Assembly (NCBI GenBank): GCA_002633005.1
Contig: NMRA01000033.1
Span: forward strand, 339,346-403,345
Length of the DNA stretch: 64,000 nt
Origin: Phoronis australis
Lineage: Eukaryota; Animalia; Phoronida
Reading direction: 5' to 3'
Shown here piece after piece: positions 1 to 12,968 of this stretch. Made by a program: the position numbers and the translations under genes. Under the pieces are notes generated by a model that did not search any database, was not told where the DNA came from, and was given only the letters and a program-made list of their open reading frames with translations. Position 1 is the first letter of the stretch; every line of letters begins with the position of its first letter.

Positions 1-1
1 T

Positions 2-494
2 CAGGCCTTCATGCAGCGTACGTCCTGGGCGTCCAAATGGACGCCCCAGCACTAATATGGACGCCCTGGCAAGGACGCCCAATGTATCATTTGGACGCCC
101 ACTGTCAATAGGAACCTTTCAAGTTTGGACACACACATTGTAATGATTACTAGGAAGCCTCTGAAGGCTCACAGTGGGGGCTCTTTTTTCAAAGCAGGAA
201 GAAATATACAATGTAGATACAAAGTATATACAATGTTGCTATGCTCACACTTGGTTGATAGCATTGTAAAAGTCTTGGTCTACACCAATGTTTTATTAAA
301 AATGCTCACTACAGAAGGCTGTTTTGTAAACTTAGATGTAAAAACCTTGGTCTATGCATTTTTTTGTAAAAAAAAATCTGTGTTTGGGGGGATTGCTGGG
401 GATGGGGGGGTTAAGCGTCGGAATTATGGACGCCCTGGAATATTGGGAACCTCATTTTGGACACCCTATTTTCGAAATCCTGGATGAAGGCCTG
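2..494. mobile_element. hAT-like MITE, copy 1
   Basis: TIRs CAGGCCTTCAT...ATGAAGGCCTG; subterminal GGACGCCC repeats; highly similar to 3538-4015. The left TSD is cut by the window edge. Confidence 0.85.
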
Positions 495-994
495 CTTACT
501 CTCCATGCCAAATGCCCACCTAATAATACTTACCACACTAAATACCCACCCAACGTGGCAGTCTATCCAAATGAACTCCCCTCTTCAAAATCTTTCCCTG
601 TAAAGATCTGAACATATCTCGACCTAATTTATAATTTACAGCAATAGTGCGCGCGAGTTCATTAACTTTTTTACTTAACACATCATGTTTAGAAGTCACC
701 TCAGCGTCAACTACAACCTACACAAAACAGATTTTTGCCATAATATACTTCAGTAGTGTTTACATGACTTGATGCTACTAATGGCCTTCTACAGTTATAC
801 ATGAACATAGACAAGGACACTTGTGGATAGAACTTGACTGTACCCAGCATACACACTCCCTACAACTTCCCCAGCACTGATTAACAACCTCTACAAGATG
901 AAATGATAAATTATGACTGAAAAAATTCACAAGTTAAATAATCAGGCTGCACTCATCAAGTTCTCAGCCGACATCAAAGAGTTTTGTGTTAACA

Positions 995-1688
995 TAAACT
1001 CGCAGGTAAATGGCTATGCCTGGGAAATCGCCCAAAATTTCGAGGCAAGCATCCACTGTTCGAGTAATTGCCCATCCCCCACATTGCCCAAACTTCAGTT
1101 TAAGCGCCCACCTCTCGGACTGCACGCACGTAGCACGTGACTTTGTTAGATTTATCTCCCATGTCGACCCAGATTTGAATTGAGCAACTAATCACACCTC
1201 CCTCTCGTTGCAATTTCAAAAAAATGAATCGTCCACGTTTTTAATCAAGGAAACAAAATGTAGTTACATTCACTGATCTAAAACAGTACATGCTGATACA
1301 GTAAGTGGACTGCCATTCGAGTTTCGAAAGTTATGCACAAAGGCAGTGACATTTTGCAACGATCGAATAAAAAGTTGGGAAACATCTGAGTTTTTAGCAA
1401 CGGTCACACAAAATCACCCTTTCAAAGTTGAAATCCTGTTCTTGTTTGAGACATGAGAAACTTTGTGGATGTCTGGTTCCACTGTTTGACGAAACCTACA
1501 AGTTCCGTGCTCCAATGAACTTACCCAGTTCAACCAAAATTTTGACGTAAGCAGCCACTGCTTGGGTAATCACGCACCCCCCGACTTTTGCCACGTTTCA
1601 ATTTAAGTGCCCACTGCTCAGGTAATCGCTCACCTCTTAAGGTTTCCCAATTTAAGCGCCCAGGGTGTCAACCTGCGAGTTTACGGTA
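995..1688. mobile_element. Tc2/pogo-like non-autonomous element (TACCGTAAAC-type end)
   Basis: Right end ACCTGCGAGTTTACGGTA is inverted relative to AAACTCGCAGGT near 997. Internal TTAAGCGCCCA motifs are shared with copies near 22903 and 35118. Confidence 0.65.
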
Positions 1689-1689
1689 C

Positions 1690-2070
1690 TATAGTTCTAT
1701 GAAGGGCAGTCCATCAAGCATATCTAGACATGGCTATTTGAGCCGTGTGGAGATATAACATGAATTTTGTCCAAAAATTGGCATGGGAAGATGTCCTGGT
1801 CACCACAAATTCCATTCGGTCTATCGCCAATTTCACATTGACGGTTACCACCAATTGCCTAAGTTATCATTTTCACATTTTTCAAAGGCTAATTACTTTA
1901 CTACAAACAACGGAAGGTTTACCAAAAGTTGTTTTGTGACATCTACACAGTACAAGCCATGCTTAGAAACTAATAGACTAAAATTTTCTTGATCTTTATT
2001 TCTGTGTAGACATTCGACAAAAAAGATTTTATTTTCGTTTGTCGGCCATATTGTGCACTAAATACATGAA
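1690..2070 (+). repeat. Dispersed repeat family A (other copies ~11960-12330, ~30560-30905, and ~34660-34790 on minus)
   Basis: Shared motifs GACATCTACACAGTACAARCCATGCT (1938, 12210, degenerate near 30790, reverse complement near 34670) and GTCGGCCATATTGT (2041, ~12307, 30879). Confidence 0.75.
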
Positions 2071-2650
2071 CAAGAACTATACTCATTTTTGACACGCAAT
2101 CTCTTCTGGTATTGTTTCACACTTTTAAGTTCAGCCTTTATGGGTTAAGCTGCTTAAGAAATCCTACAAAAGGATTAGTGTCAAGATCAGCCCACGTTAA
2201 CAGTATGGCCATACTTAACTAACTCTGTAATTAAGTGCATTGTATTGACTGACACCTCATAAACTGTGGCTAAAAAGTATAAGTTGTAGTCATCTCAGCA
2301 GAAACCAATTACCCTGTCTTGATAAGCTGAACACAGCTTAGCAATAGTTTATGGCAGGCTTCTGATGTTGTACCCATAATGAACCACGGAATAATGAGGC
2401 GAAAGCCATCTTGCTTTGACATTTACCAGTAGTGTAGCGGGGGGGGGGGTGGAAGCGCTGCTAAAAATCATTGAGTACCTAAACACGCAGCTGAGCAGAC
2501 TCCGACAATTAAAATGGGGGGGCACATCAACAACCAGAATCATGTAGCAACAGCTCCATCTGGTGTTAAAACAGAGAACAATGCAACCCAGTCCCTGCCA
2601 CGGCTTTTTATTGTTAGTTTCTGCACAAAAATGAGAGTCAATAGACTTAC

Positions 2651-2677
2651 TTCATATCCGAAGCAACAGCGTGTTGC
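2651..2677 (-). other. Candidate 27-nt micro-exon
   Basis: Minus strand reads tttaaacag|GCAACACGCTGTTGCTTCGGATATGAA|gtaagt. A 91-nt candidate intron follows to a strong acceptor (tgttctctgttttaacaccag) and an 81-nt candidate exon at 2479-2559. Confidence 0.35.
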
Positions 2678-3537
2678 CTGTTTAAATTTTGGTATGGCAA
2701 AGTTGAGATCAATTTTATAGAGATAAAAATAAGACCATGGTAAACAGGAGGCAAATGGAGGGAACAGATGTTTAGTTTGTTACCTCTCATTCATAAGCAG
2801 CGTGGTGGAACCATGCAGACGCTTTACTACTGTTAGCGTATGAAAATGGCCATCATAGCGTAAGGTGCCAAGTCACACCGAAGAAGAACATACAAAACAA
2901 TTAAGTATTTAGTTACAGACCCCAACTTGCTACGCAAAAATTGGTCCAAATGGCAATTTTTTTCATTCAGACCGTAGAACTAAGTTAATTAATACGGACA
3001 AGGCCACTTGTGTGTAATAAATAGGATACAAGTAACATCACAACTCTAAGCATAGAATACAACAAGGTGATCAAGCTCGGACTGGTACTGTTTCCATTAG
3101 GCGCTACATATCATTTCCAACCAGCAACTACGAGTGCTTCCTCAAGTCAACCCATGGGAGTGCCAGACTTTGCCTGGACTTCTATGACCAGTTTTTGCTG
3201 TTTGGGGATCACGAGTCAGAGATGGGTGTCAGTTATAACCGCAGCTTATTCGTGACAGCATTCTTCCCCAATCATTTTAGACGCTGTAGACAATAAAAAC
3301 TAAATTTATCATTGAAAATTGAACTTTTTGACTGTTTCTAGATAAACATTCGTCATTTCGTTTCAACCTTTATTGAAAGAATGATGGAGACGGCCGAAAT
3401 CTGTTAACTACAACAGAAGTAAAGAGAAATAATGCAAATTACAGGTGTTGCACCTTTGTTGATGATATTCCTACTTCTATTGTATAACCTGTCTGAGCAA
3501 CACAATGGGTTGACATGACTTCAAATACACCACAGCT

Positions 3538-4015
3538 CAGGCCTTTATGCAGGGTATGTCCATTTGGACGCCCTAGCACTAATCTGGAAGCCCTCTCCAA
3601 AGGACGCCCAATGTATCATTTGGAGGCCCACTGTCAATAGGAATCTTTCAAGTTTGGACTCACACTTTGTAATGAATACTGGGAAGCCTCTGAAGGCTCA
3701 CAGTGGGGGCTCTTTTTTCAAAGCAGGAAGAAATATACAATGTATATACAAAGTATATACAATGTTGCTATGCTCACACTTGGTTGATAGCATTGTATAA
3801 GTCTTAGTGTTCAGTTTTTTTAGTAAAAATGCTCACTACAGGCTTTTTGTAAACTTAGATGTAAAAACCGCTTGGTCTATGCATTTTTGTAAAAAAATCT
3901 GTGTGTTTGGGGGATTGCTGGGGGTGGGGGGTTACGCATCGGAATCATGGACGCCCTGGAATATTGGGAACCCCATTTTGGACACCCTATTTTCGAAACC
4001 CTGGATAAAGGCCTG
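3538..4015. mobile_element. hAT-like MITE, copy 2, with 8-bp TSD
   Basis: TIRs CAGGCCTTTAT...ATAAAGGCCTG; perfect 8-bp TSD CCACAGCT at 3530-3537 and 4016-4023. An 8-bp TSD with CA-starting TIRs is typical of hAT. Confidence 0.9.
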
Positions 4016-4539
4016 CCACAGCTCAGGAGAGTGATCTTTTTTAAGAGACTCAGGGTATACTAAAACTAGGTTCATTTGATTGGGAAAACGCAAGTAGCTT
4101 CTGTGGCTACAATGGAAGCAAAAAACCAGAGCAAGCTGCCCGCAAAAGGGTCAATTTCGCCAAAAGTTTCTTTCCTCATCATCTGGCCAATCGAAATTTG
4201 TCTAAACAGCTCACTCTCAGTCATAAATTGATGAATGTAGCAATATACAAATGTACCTTATCCCTGTGCATCATTGTCAGTGATGAAGACTACTAAAGTG
4301 CTATAAAAATACCAGGTAATTCGAACCACCAGCAAAGTGCCAGAAAAAATGACACTTTTAACTGTGCACACGACTGGTTTTTTGCTACCTTAAGTAACAG
4401 TGCTAGTCAAAATGCCAATTAGTGTGAAAGGGTATTAATTTAGCCAGTTTTTGAACAAGGTAGATTGCCTTGCTCACGTGACAGATGCCCCAGTCTGATC
4501 AGTGACTTATTCCACATGCAGCCCAATGTTCCAATTTCA

Positions 4540-6410
4540 ACAACATCCACCTACACTTTATACAATCAACTCTCAATAATGTGTTGAAGGAATCTCCCAG
4601 GATTCATGACATACCAAATTATACAACACCATCCCAAAATTGTACCACCATGGCCACCTAAAGACTATGCCGGAGTTTAAAGAAGCAATGTAATAACACG
4701 CTTATTTCCATAAGACCATCCCAATAAAACAGGCCACTCTGTGAGTCCAAAGACCAGGGATAGAAAACTGATTTGTGAGTTCCTGAACTTACATGACGAA
4801 AACCCCAGAACACCAACAAATCACATAATCTGCAAGGTACTGAATAATAAAAGGGCTTAAAATGAACCATGAAAACTGACTTTGACATCAGTCAGCTGTG
4901 CCCAGGATTTTGTCACACCAGGACCAAGACAACCCGACAAAGAAAATAGTGCCAGGGTGCATCACATTCATCCACAGCCAAAGGAATGTAGAAATGACTG
5001 CCAGGACCTCACTTCCAGATCAGCCACACACATTTTCCTTAAAAAAAACACAACTGTGATTGTGCCAGCACCATGAAGAAGTACATCCATTATGTCCAGA
5101 TGGTGATATTCACTAGGTAACCAACTGTTTTAATTTCTACACCACCATGAGATGACTGTCTGCTGTAAAGCCATTAGGAAGCTCAAATACACTCTGGTAA
5201 TTGGAATCACAGCACCAACTAAAAGTCTGCGTCACCTTCTCCTGGTGATGTTAATCACAATGTTGGCTGTAGTTTCCCAGACACCCACCAGCTCATAAAC
5301 AAATATTACAGTATGAGTAATTATAAGTAAATTATCTCTTACTCTGTTGACAGGGAGCTGTTGGCTAGCAGTCTGCAAGTAAAGTGCCTCTGAATGACTT
5401 CACCACAGCTTCACAATTTTGAAATACTGAATATGATGGTCCAGCAGGCAAATCGCAGTCACTGGGTCGCAGATTTTGAGAACCACTTCAATGCCTGTTA
5501 TTCAGTGGATAAAACAGGTTCTTCAAAAAGTAGGTACCCCTATAAGTGACTATTACCTGACGGGACAAAAACTGGATAGAGAACAGCCCAACAATTTACC
5601 TGGGATAATCCATTTAAGTACATTAGACAGGACTAAAGGACAAACACATCAAACTGTTTGCCAAAGGCAAGCATAAAGTCACAGCAGAGTTATCACTGAA
5701 CTGATGTCTTAATGCTCACCGCCATAGTTACGGATAACCGCTTGCATGGAACACCAGAAGACACATGAGGCAAACACGTTTCACAAAATTCCAGTCAAAT
5801 GTTTAAAGTAAAGCTAAAAGGCTTTCCTGCTAGCTTGCAAAACAAACTAATTGACCACCAGTGGCTTCTCACGTCATTAACTGTTAGAGACAATCTAAAC
5901 GGAGAAATGGTAAAGTACCTTCGTTTGCTTATGAACTTACATAGGGATACAGATCTACGCCGAGATCCAAAAACTACGCAGCTCGCGCTTGTCAAATCAT
6001 CCACTTGTAATTCACACAGCACCAGCAAAACTCCAAATCCAATTTTCCTCAATCACTGCTTCGAAATGCTTTAAACACATTCCCAGGAAATTAAATGAAC
6101 ATTTCTCAACTCATCCACTTGAGATCACGACATAGTCACAGCATTGTGAATTAAAATACTCCATTTGCTGCTCACATCAATGCATCAGTAACATGACCAA
6201 AATATCACAGACAGCATCGTGGGCTCATCTTGCAATGATAGCAACACAAGGACTCACTGTATCATCAAACAAACACAGAACACTAGATAGCCTCAACAGG
6301 CAATAAATACACTGACCCACCAGCACAGCACTCAGACCAATGGCACAATAGAGTATAATGGCCTCTAGGTTGTAAACCTGTTAATGACTTGATGGACGCA
6401 TAATTAACAT
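4540..6410 (+). mobile_element. Highly decayed Penelope-like retroelement fragments (RT + GIY-YIG endonuclease)
   Basis: Collinear degenerate motifs read by eye: TLYTINSQ (~4555, cf. SLYTNIPH), KKYIHYVQM (5076, cf. KxSIPYSQ), YIRQ-TK (5619, cf. YIGQTK), NTPFAAHIN (6155, cf. TPVARHFN), EYx-WASRL*T (6351, cf. ExxWIxRLxT). Many stops and frameshifts. Confidence 0.4.
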
Positions 6411-6597
6411 TCTATGTACAGTCTGATAAAGTCAATATTCAACTTCAGATACACTTCAAGTGGATGCCAATCTGAGTGGGTAAACTACCACAATGCTATC
6501 AGCAAACCTGGCCCACTCAGTCCCAGCCATGTGCATAAGCCAATGTGAACTGAGCAACTGAAGATGACAGTCATTTCCATAATGACAAACAGCTGCC

Positions 6598-7082
6598 ATG
6601 TAGGACCCTATAAAAATGGCCAAATTTGGCTGACTGAGGAACATCACATCTCAGAGATGGCTGGTCTAATCCTTATGTAACTTTCAGCACACTATGTTTT
6701 ATGCATTGTTCTCTAAAACCTAGTGAAGAATTGTTTTTAAAATGATCCACTTTTGCATGAGAAGCTGTCAAAAATAGAACATTCATGTAAAATCTTTAAA
6801 GCTAGTTAAAACCAAATTATACTTTACAAAAGTGTAAGTGTTTTTTATATCTCACCTTAACATTTACATCAACTAATATTTGTTACTGATACCAATGTTT
6901 TGCTGCGCATATATCTTTTGTTTTTGCTAACTTTTACTAAAACGTAATGGTCACATGACCATAATTGCTAAAGGAAAAAAGAATTTACAGGCTTTTCGCT
7001 TTCAGAAAATATACGTAGTTAAAATATATAGTTTTCTAAAATAGTTTGCTAAATGCAGACATCTTGATGAGGTCCTACATAC
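6598..7082. mobile_element. Kolobok-like MITE family B, degenerate copy
   Basis: Inverted ends ATGTAGGACC...GGTCCTACAT; internal similarity to 16003-16474, 17445-17780 and 49722-50060. Confidence 0.7.
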
Positions 7083-9109
7083 AAGGGCTAAGTGGCCAGT
7101 TATCACCAGATGCTGGCCCACATTGTTTGTAAAAGTTCACACTGAGTTGTATGGACCTTGCCAAGTTTAGCACACCCAACACTTAAGTAAATGACCCATA
7201 GGACCAGTAAAAACAAACCAAACACAAATTAGCAATAATGTTAACACTTCATACACTGCACTACCTAATATCATATCTGCATAGAAACGGAACCATGATC
7301 AGAAGGGTTTTTGCAGTGAACAGACAAATGATGCATTTTATTTCTACAAGTGGCCCATCCAGAAGGGTCAACTCCAGATTTATGACACTGCAAAATGGGA
7401 GAACATGTAATCAGTCTCTTGAGTGAGTTGGATTTCTATGAAAGAAATTGGTCATACACAAGACACAGCACCACATGCCTAGCCATCACAGCTTACAAAG
7501 CAATTCTTGATCTGTTAGAACATTTTAATTGTCAAAAGTTAGTCATTTTGTTGATGGTAGACATTTGTTTCTTCTCCAGGCAAGTTTGTATTGGATTGTA
7601 AATTGCAAACAGAGCTACTCAAGTAGAGTTCAGTTCTGAACACTATTAACAAAAACATTCAAATTTGTAGCGTGTTATTTCCACAGATATGAAACATGTA
7701 TGAACACGACCAGACATTGTTCAAATTCTAGTCCTGAAAACAGGACTGAGCCAGCAGCTAACTTACGGTACATCCTACCTCAGAATTACCATACCTGACT
7801 ACGGTGTACTATGATATTCACTTGAATAACTCAATGGTGGTCAGGGCTCTCGCTCATCTGAGGGGAAAGCAGTCTGTGGCTTCTGAGAGCAAAGTTTCAA
7901 GTAACCAAAATTAACATTTTACAGAAGTGATTCTAATTTTGAAGATATTTTCTAACCATTGATGGGGAAATTTTGGGCCTGATAAGGAGAATTTAGCACG
8001 ATTTTTAAATATTTCTCCTAGGGGACTTAGGACTCATACTTAGTTCCAAAAAACTAAGGCACAGAGGGCCCTGGCAGTGCTCTATGTTCTAATCCCTTTT
8101 GAACAATACAATTCATTTTCCTAATTTGGTACATAAATTTTTTCTTTGTACATAGCGTTTAACAATCATCAAAGTGTGTGCACTATTGGACATCTCCAAG
8201 TGACTCCCATAGAGGAGGCAGATGGGGCGAGCCGCAATGAAGAGTGACTTCTTCATGACCACCTTCCTAATGAAAGTGTAAATTTTGGGAGTTCCGAAAC
8301 TCAGTATTATGTTATATTTTCCACCTAAACAAATCTAAAGATCGCCTTAATTATATCATTTTTGAACTTGAACAAAGCACTCATTTTTGACAACATGTCA
8401 TATCTTCTTGCGTTCAGACTTATGGCTTAAATTTTCCCTTATCCAAGAATCCCTACCAAACGGTAATGGTTTACGGAAATAAATCCCATTCAACAAGGTG
8501 TTTCTGGTGTAATAGGCAAAAGTGCCATGCAAGTGACCTTCTCAGAGTGTATGCTATGAGTGAGTGCAGTGGCTGTTCTAATTCTCCATATCTAATTGGT
8601 AAGTACCCAGCCCCTATTCCAGTTGCATGTACAATTTCATTTCTTCCCGCCTTTAAAACTATTTATATCTCATTTTCTGTAGCAAAACAACTTTATATTC
8701 TCGTGGATATCAATGCTGACCTATTCTTACCATGTCATGTGGAATTTGTTAAACATAAATCTGTGTTTTGCACTTTTGTGCATCAACTTTTTACTCAGCA
8801 ACCCCCTTTGCACAAGAGGACATCTTGATGCCACGACTAAACAAAAATTCCATTTCAGCCGCATTTTATCTCTATAGGATTTCAGAAAATGTAGCAGGAA
8901 AACAGAATTGTTCAACAAACGAACAACTTGAATTAGAAAGCAAGAAATAAGAATTTGTTGTAAACAAAAAACAACTAGTCTCAAGTGACCCATTAGCATA
9001 AATATTTGTGTTTAATGCCTCATTTCTTCTGAACAGGGACCTGCTCTTTCACTGAGGTGAAAATCCAGACAACAGTGCCTTCAGTTGTTCAGAAGATAAA
9101 CGGGCAGAA

Positions 9110-9331
9110 AAAATTGAGAAAACAAAAAATATTTACCGACCTCATTGGTATAAAGCACCAAACTCTGGCTTTTGGTCAGAAGGTCTCTTTATATTTGTTT
9201 CATTCTTAAAACTGGGTGGACACAACAGATAAAAAAAACAGAAAACAAAAATATTTATTGAACCTCATTGGTACAAAGCATCAACGCCCGCTTGTGGTTA
9301 AAAAGGTAAATTTATATTATTTTCATGCTTA
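9110..9331 (+). repeat. Diverged tandem duplication, ~125-bp unit x2
   Basis: GAAAACAAAAA(A)TATTTA...CCTCATTGGTAYAAAGCA...TTTATATT occurs near 9118 and near 9241. Confidence 0.7.
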
Positions 9332-10179
9332 GGCTTCTTTAAATTAAGCTTAGCATGGTGGTCAACAGGCTTATCAAGGCTATCCCAGGTGATACCAAAT
9401 ACCACTAACATCATAGACAGGTTTCGAAAGTACAGTGGTTAGTCAAAAATCAAAAAATTTCCAAGTAAAAATTTCAGGCTATTTTCTTATTTTTGATCTG
9501 CTTTCCTGGCCAAAACAACTCATCAAACCTTTTTAAAACTACTTGCACACTTTCCAAGTGCATGCCAGGTCTTTCAGGACAATAGTCATGTTTCGCATAA
9601 CACCCTTTCACCAAATTTAAGAATTTTCGATTTCGAGCAACTGTGTTTTTGTTGCATGCAATACAAGACCTAGCCCTGACCTTTGTCTCTAATTTTGAAA
9701 CCTTATAGGCCCTTTCATATTGACTTAACTCCAGTCTGAGCGGAGCGTCGACGTAAACAGCGCAGTTAACTGGACCGTTCATACTGGCTTCGGTAGTTAA
9801 TGAACATCAAAGTAAGCGGTTGGTGACGCTGTCGTCATCGAAGTTATTGCAAGGTCGCATAGCATGCTAAGATTTTTTTCAATGTTTCAATTTGGAAACT
9901 TTTACACGTGCTAAGTGACATTAAATCTGTTTTTAAATCGATTGGTTATTATTAGAGCAGAATATAAGCAGCTGTTAGTGACGGCACTACCCTGTAATTG
10001 TTGACGATAACAGTGGCACCTGGCGATAACTTCAATTGGACCAAAGTTAAGCGTTCATACAGCCCCGCAGCGTTGACGCTGCGCTATTAAATCCACCTGT
10101 TAACTGCGATCATGTTAACTAGAGCTGTTAACTGCCATCTAGGACCGGAGTTAAGCGTTGATACTGACCGCAACCCCCC

Positions 10180-10656
10180 CAAATCGCCACTAGGGGGCGA
10201 CAAAGTAGTCAGAACTGTCCAAAAGTCAACGTCAGTCGTAGCCTTCTCATCAGCAACACACCTGCAAATTTTCATAATGATCCTTTGAGCGTTATGGTAG
10301 ATAGAGCGACAGACACCAAAAATAACAAAAATGGCCACAAGGTGGCGTAAAGCAAGTTAAATCCGTCAGGCAAAGAAATGCCATCATTGCCTTCGTATAA
10401 AATCAAGGCACTCCAAAGAAACAGAGCCAAACGTAAAAAGCTAAAATTGCCACTAGGGGGCACAGTGGTATTTGGACTGTTCTGAGCCTTGTTGTCCTCA
10501 GTCGTCAGCCTCTTAGAAACAAACCTGCCAAATTTCAATACAATCCTTCAAGGGGTTTAGGAGATATAGCTGCGGATGCCAGACACCGCGTGCCCGGACG
10601 CCCAGACAGAGATGACGACAGTATATAATATGTGCGCGTTGGGGGCGCGTAAAAAT
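10180..10656 (+). mobile_element. Helentron-like non-autonomous element, 3' fragment (family of 38601-40327)
   Basis: Monomers containing CCACTAGGGGGC or CCACAAGGTGGC at 10187, 10335 and 10450, then a GCCAGAC/GGACG microsatellite-like tract and a GC-rich hairpin-like end before TAAAAAT. Confidence 0.7.
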
Positions 10657-11346
10657 CAAAAGTGAATGCTAATCAGAGTTCAAATCTGCCCTCTTATCAT
10701 CGGCTGTCAAATCAGATGACAGATCCAACTTACCTAACCCTAAGTGGTGGCACACGCCTCCTTAGCTTCTGGTTGTCCCCCCCCCCCAATATAGTAAAAG
10801 GTCTGACCCTCGGACAAGGCATTCCATGGATACTTCAGCTTCACCACACACAAATCTCAATAAATTTACTCACAACAGGGATTCAACAAACCATGAACAA
10901 TTTTCTTCCTGCTGATAACATTTACAGCGTAATGCTCCAACGAGTTTGCAACAAAGGGCAACACATCGCAATATCTGTTAGATTTTGCCCACGTTTTCCA
11001 CATGTACCAGAGGTGTAAAACGATTGGGTAGTGGGCCTTTTCAAACTTCAGGATTACAAAAGAGCCCATGGTCAGGTATCTTTCGGAAATCCCGGAAGAA
11101 AAATTCCATCTTGAGAACACAGTAATTTTTACTACAGCCCATGGGAAATCAGAATACAAGACAACAAAAACATTAACTAAAATATGAATTATCGATAAAA
11201 AACCCCATGGACAAAAAGCTGTAGACCTGATTAAATAACACACACGCATGATTTGATTGTAAAACAGTATGTGTATATAAAATAAGATAGGTCGTGATAA
11301 CCTAATGCAATTAGCATCCATTAAGAAATGTCTACATTACTTAAAA

Positions 11347-11926
11347 CATAGACTATAATACATGGACCGCCAACTCCGTATATTTCCAATCCTAGGCGAA
11401 ATCTGTGATCTCAAGCATAAGCCGTGATGTCATTATTCAATAGCGACATCTGGCAGACATAGGACACCTTACTTCCGACAAATACGTCGTCTGCTAATCA
11501 CGGTCATTTCATTGGGAATTGGATCGGCGATTTTGGCCAAGTCACATCCGTGTTAAAATAGATTGAATGCTTGTAAAATATAAACTTCTTAAATAAAGCT
11601 CAAATTACTCCAGAAATAGACCACCAGGCCTACTCAAAACCCAATCTCGCACTTCAACAGCAGTTTACATACTCCACCCGGACGTTTCATTTTAAGCTTG
11701 AATGCACGCTGCTCAAAATTTCTGGACTCTATTGTTGAAAGACCTTGAGCAGCGTTTCAATGGCGAAATTATAATTTTTTGTTGTACAAGACAGTAATAT
11801 ATAGATGCAAGAATTTCCCGTCACACTAACCAGAAGCTGAGTTTGCTATGTTTGGAAGGTGGCACCTCCTTTAGGATATTTAGCAAGAAAATGTTGGAGT
11901 TGCGAATCTGTCGTCTATAATCTATG
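11347..11926. mobile_element. TIR MITE (CATAGA ends)
   Basis: Terminal inverted repeats CATAGACTATA...TATAATCTATG, inner inverted CAACTCC/GGAGTTG, and similar flanks (cttaaaa / gttaaatc). Confidence 0.6.
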
Positions 11927-12700
11927 GTTAAATCATAATTTTAATGGGCACTCTTTCAAACACACACTATATCACTCAATTATGCAAACAACAAGAATCA
12001 CCAAGCCACATAGCAAATGAGAAATACAAAACCATCATTATATTTTGAAACTGTTCATGTGTCACGGTCTCTCCCTTGCATATGTTATGGTGAGTCTCCA
12101 CATATTTTGCACAAATATAATTGCCAAAATCATCATGTTGCCATTTTTCAAAGATTGATAACTTTGCTGTAAATAATGTAAAATTTATAAAATTTAAAAG
12201 TTTTTTCATGACATCTACACAGTACAAACCATGCTAACATTTTTGTTAATCTTTATTTTTGCAGAAATTTCACAATTAATACAGAATTTCACTCGTCCGC
12301 CATATTGTCGGCCATATTGTCTGTTAAATAAGTGAAGAATTACCATATCTACGGGAAAGTCTCAACAATTTTTGACAACAAAGTGTTCATTTTAACCATT
12401 GCACTGGATTAATTCTTACACTCTTATCTTTTAGTTACAACAATTAATAGATTTTATTTGCAAAATTCATCTTAAAAATGTAAATTTTGAAAATTACTCT
12501 TTCTTGAAACATAAATATGACAATTCTTTGGAATACGGAAGCAATGCATTGGGACTTCTTTGCAGTCATGTTTTTTCACTACTATTAGAAAAAACAGAGC
12601 ATCTGCTTGAACAAGTAAACAATTGTGCTTTAGTGAACTGATTATTGATGATCTTTGTCTGAAGAAGTCATGAACAGTCAGTTCTTCCCATGCTCAGAGA

Positions 12701-12772
12701 TACTGTAAACATTCGGGTTAACGCCCTTAGGCGGTTAAGTGAACATGGGCATTAACCCGGACGTTTACAGTA
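12701..12772. mobile_element. 72-bp minimal Tc2-like MITE (essentially two TIRs)
   Basis: TACTGTAAACATTCGGGTTAACGCCC...GGGCATTAACCCGGACGTTTACAGTA, with TA at both ends. Same end type as 22903 and 35118. Confidence 0.8.
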
Positions 12773-12968
12773 ACTTCTAAACTGAGGAAAGAACAAGATG
12801 AAAGTGCTCGGAGGAGTGACACTGAGCGAAATTGACTGAAAAGGGGACAATGGAGATGACGATGATGATGATGATGGTGTCGCTGATAAGCATCAGATGA
12901 TGACAATCATATGACGAAAGAAGATGTCAGAAATCAATGAGGAAGTCTTGTTCAATTGAAGTCAAACC

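Noticed and set aside
534-597. Minus-strand segment with good splice sites (also the acceptor near 3283) as coding exons
   Set aside because: Stop codons occur in all three frames; at most these are non-coding exons or chance signals.
125-4034. Duplicated ORFs 125..487 and 3564..4034 as paralogous genes
   Set aside because: Both lie inside copies of one MITE and their frames are not conserved between copies.
5941-5975. FGSRRRSVSL resembling the N-terminus of Rap1GAP-family isoforms
   Set aside because: It is too short and generic (a basophilic kinase site), and no GoLoco or GAP-domain exon is visible, so no gene symbol is assigned.
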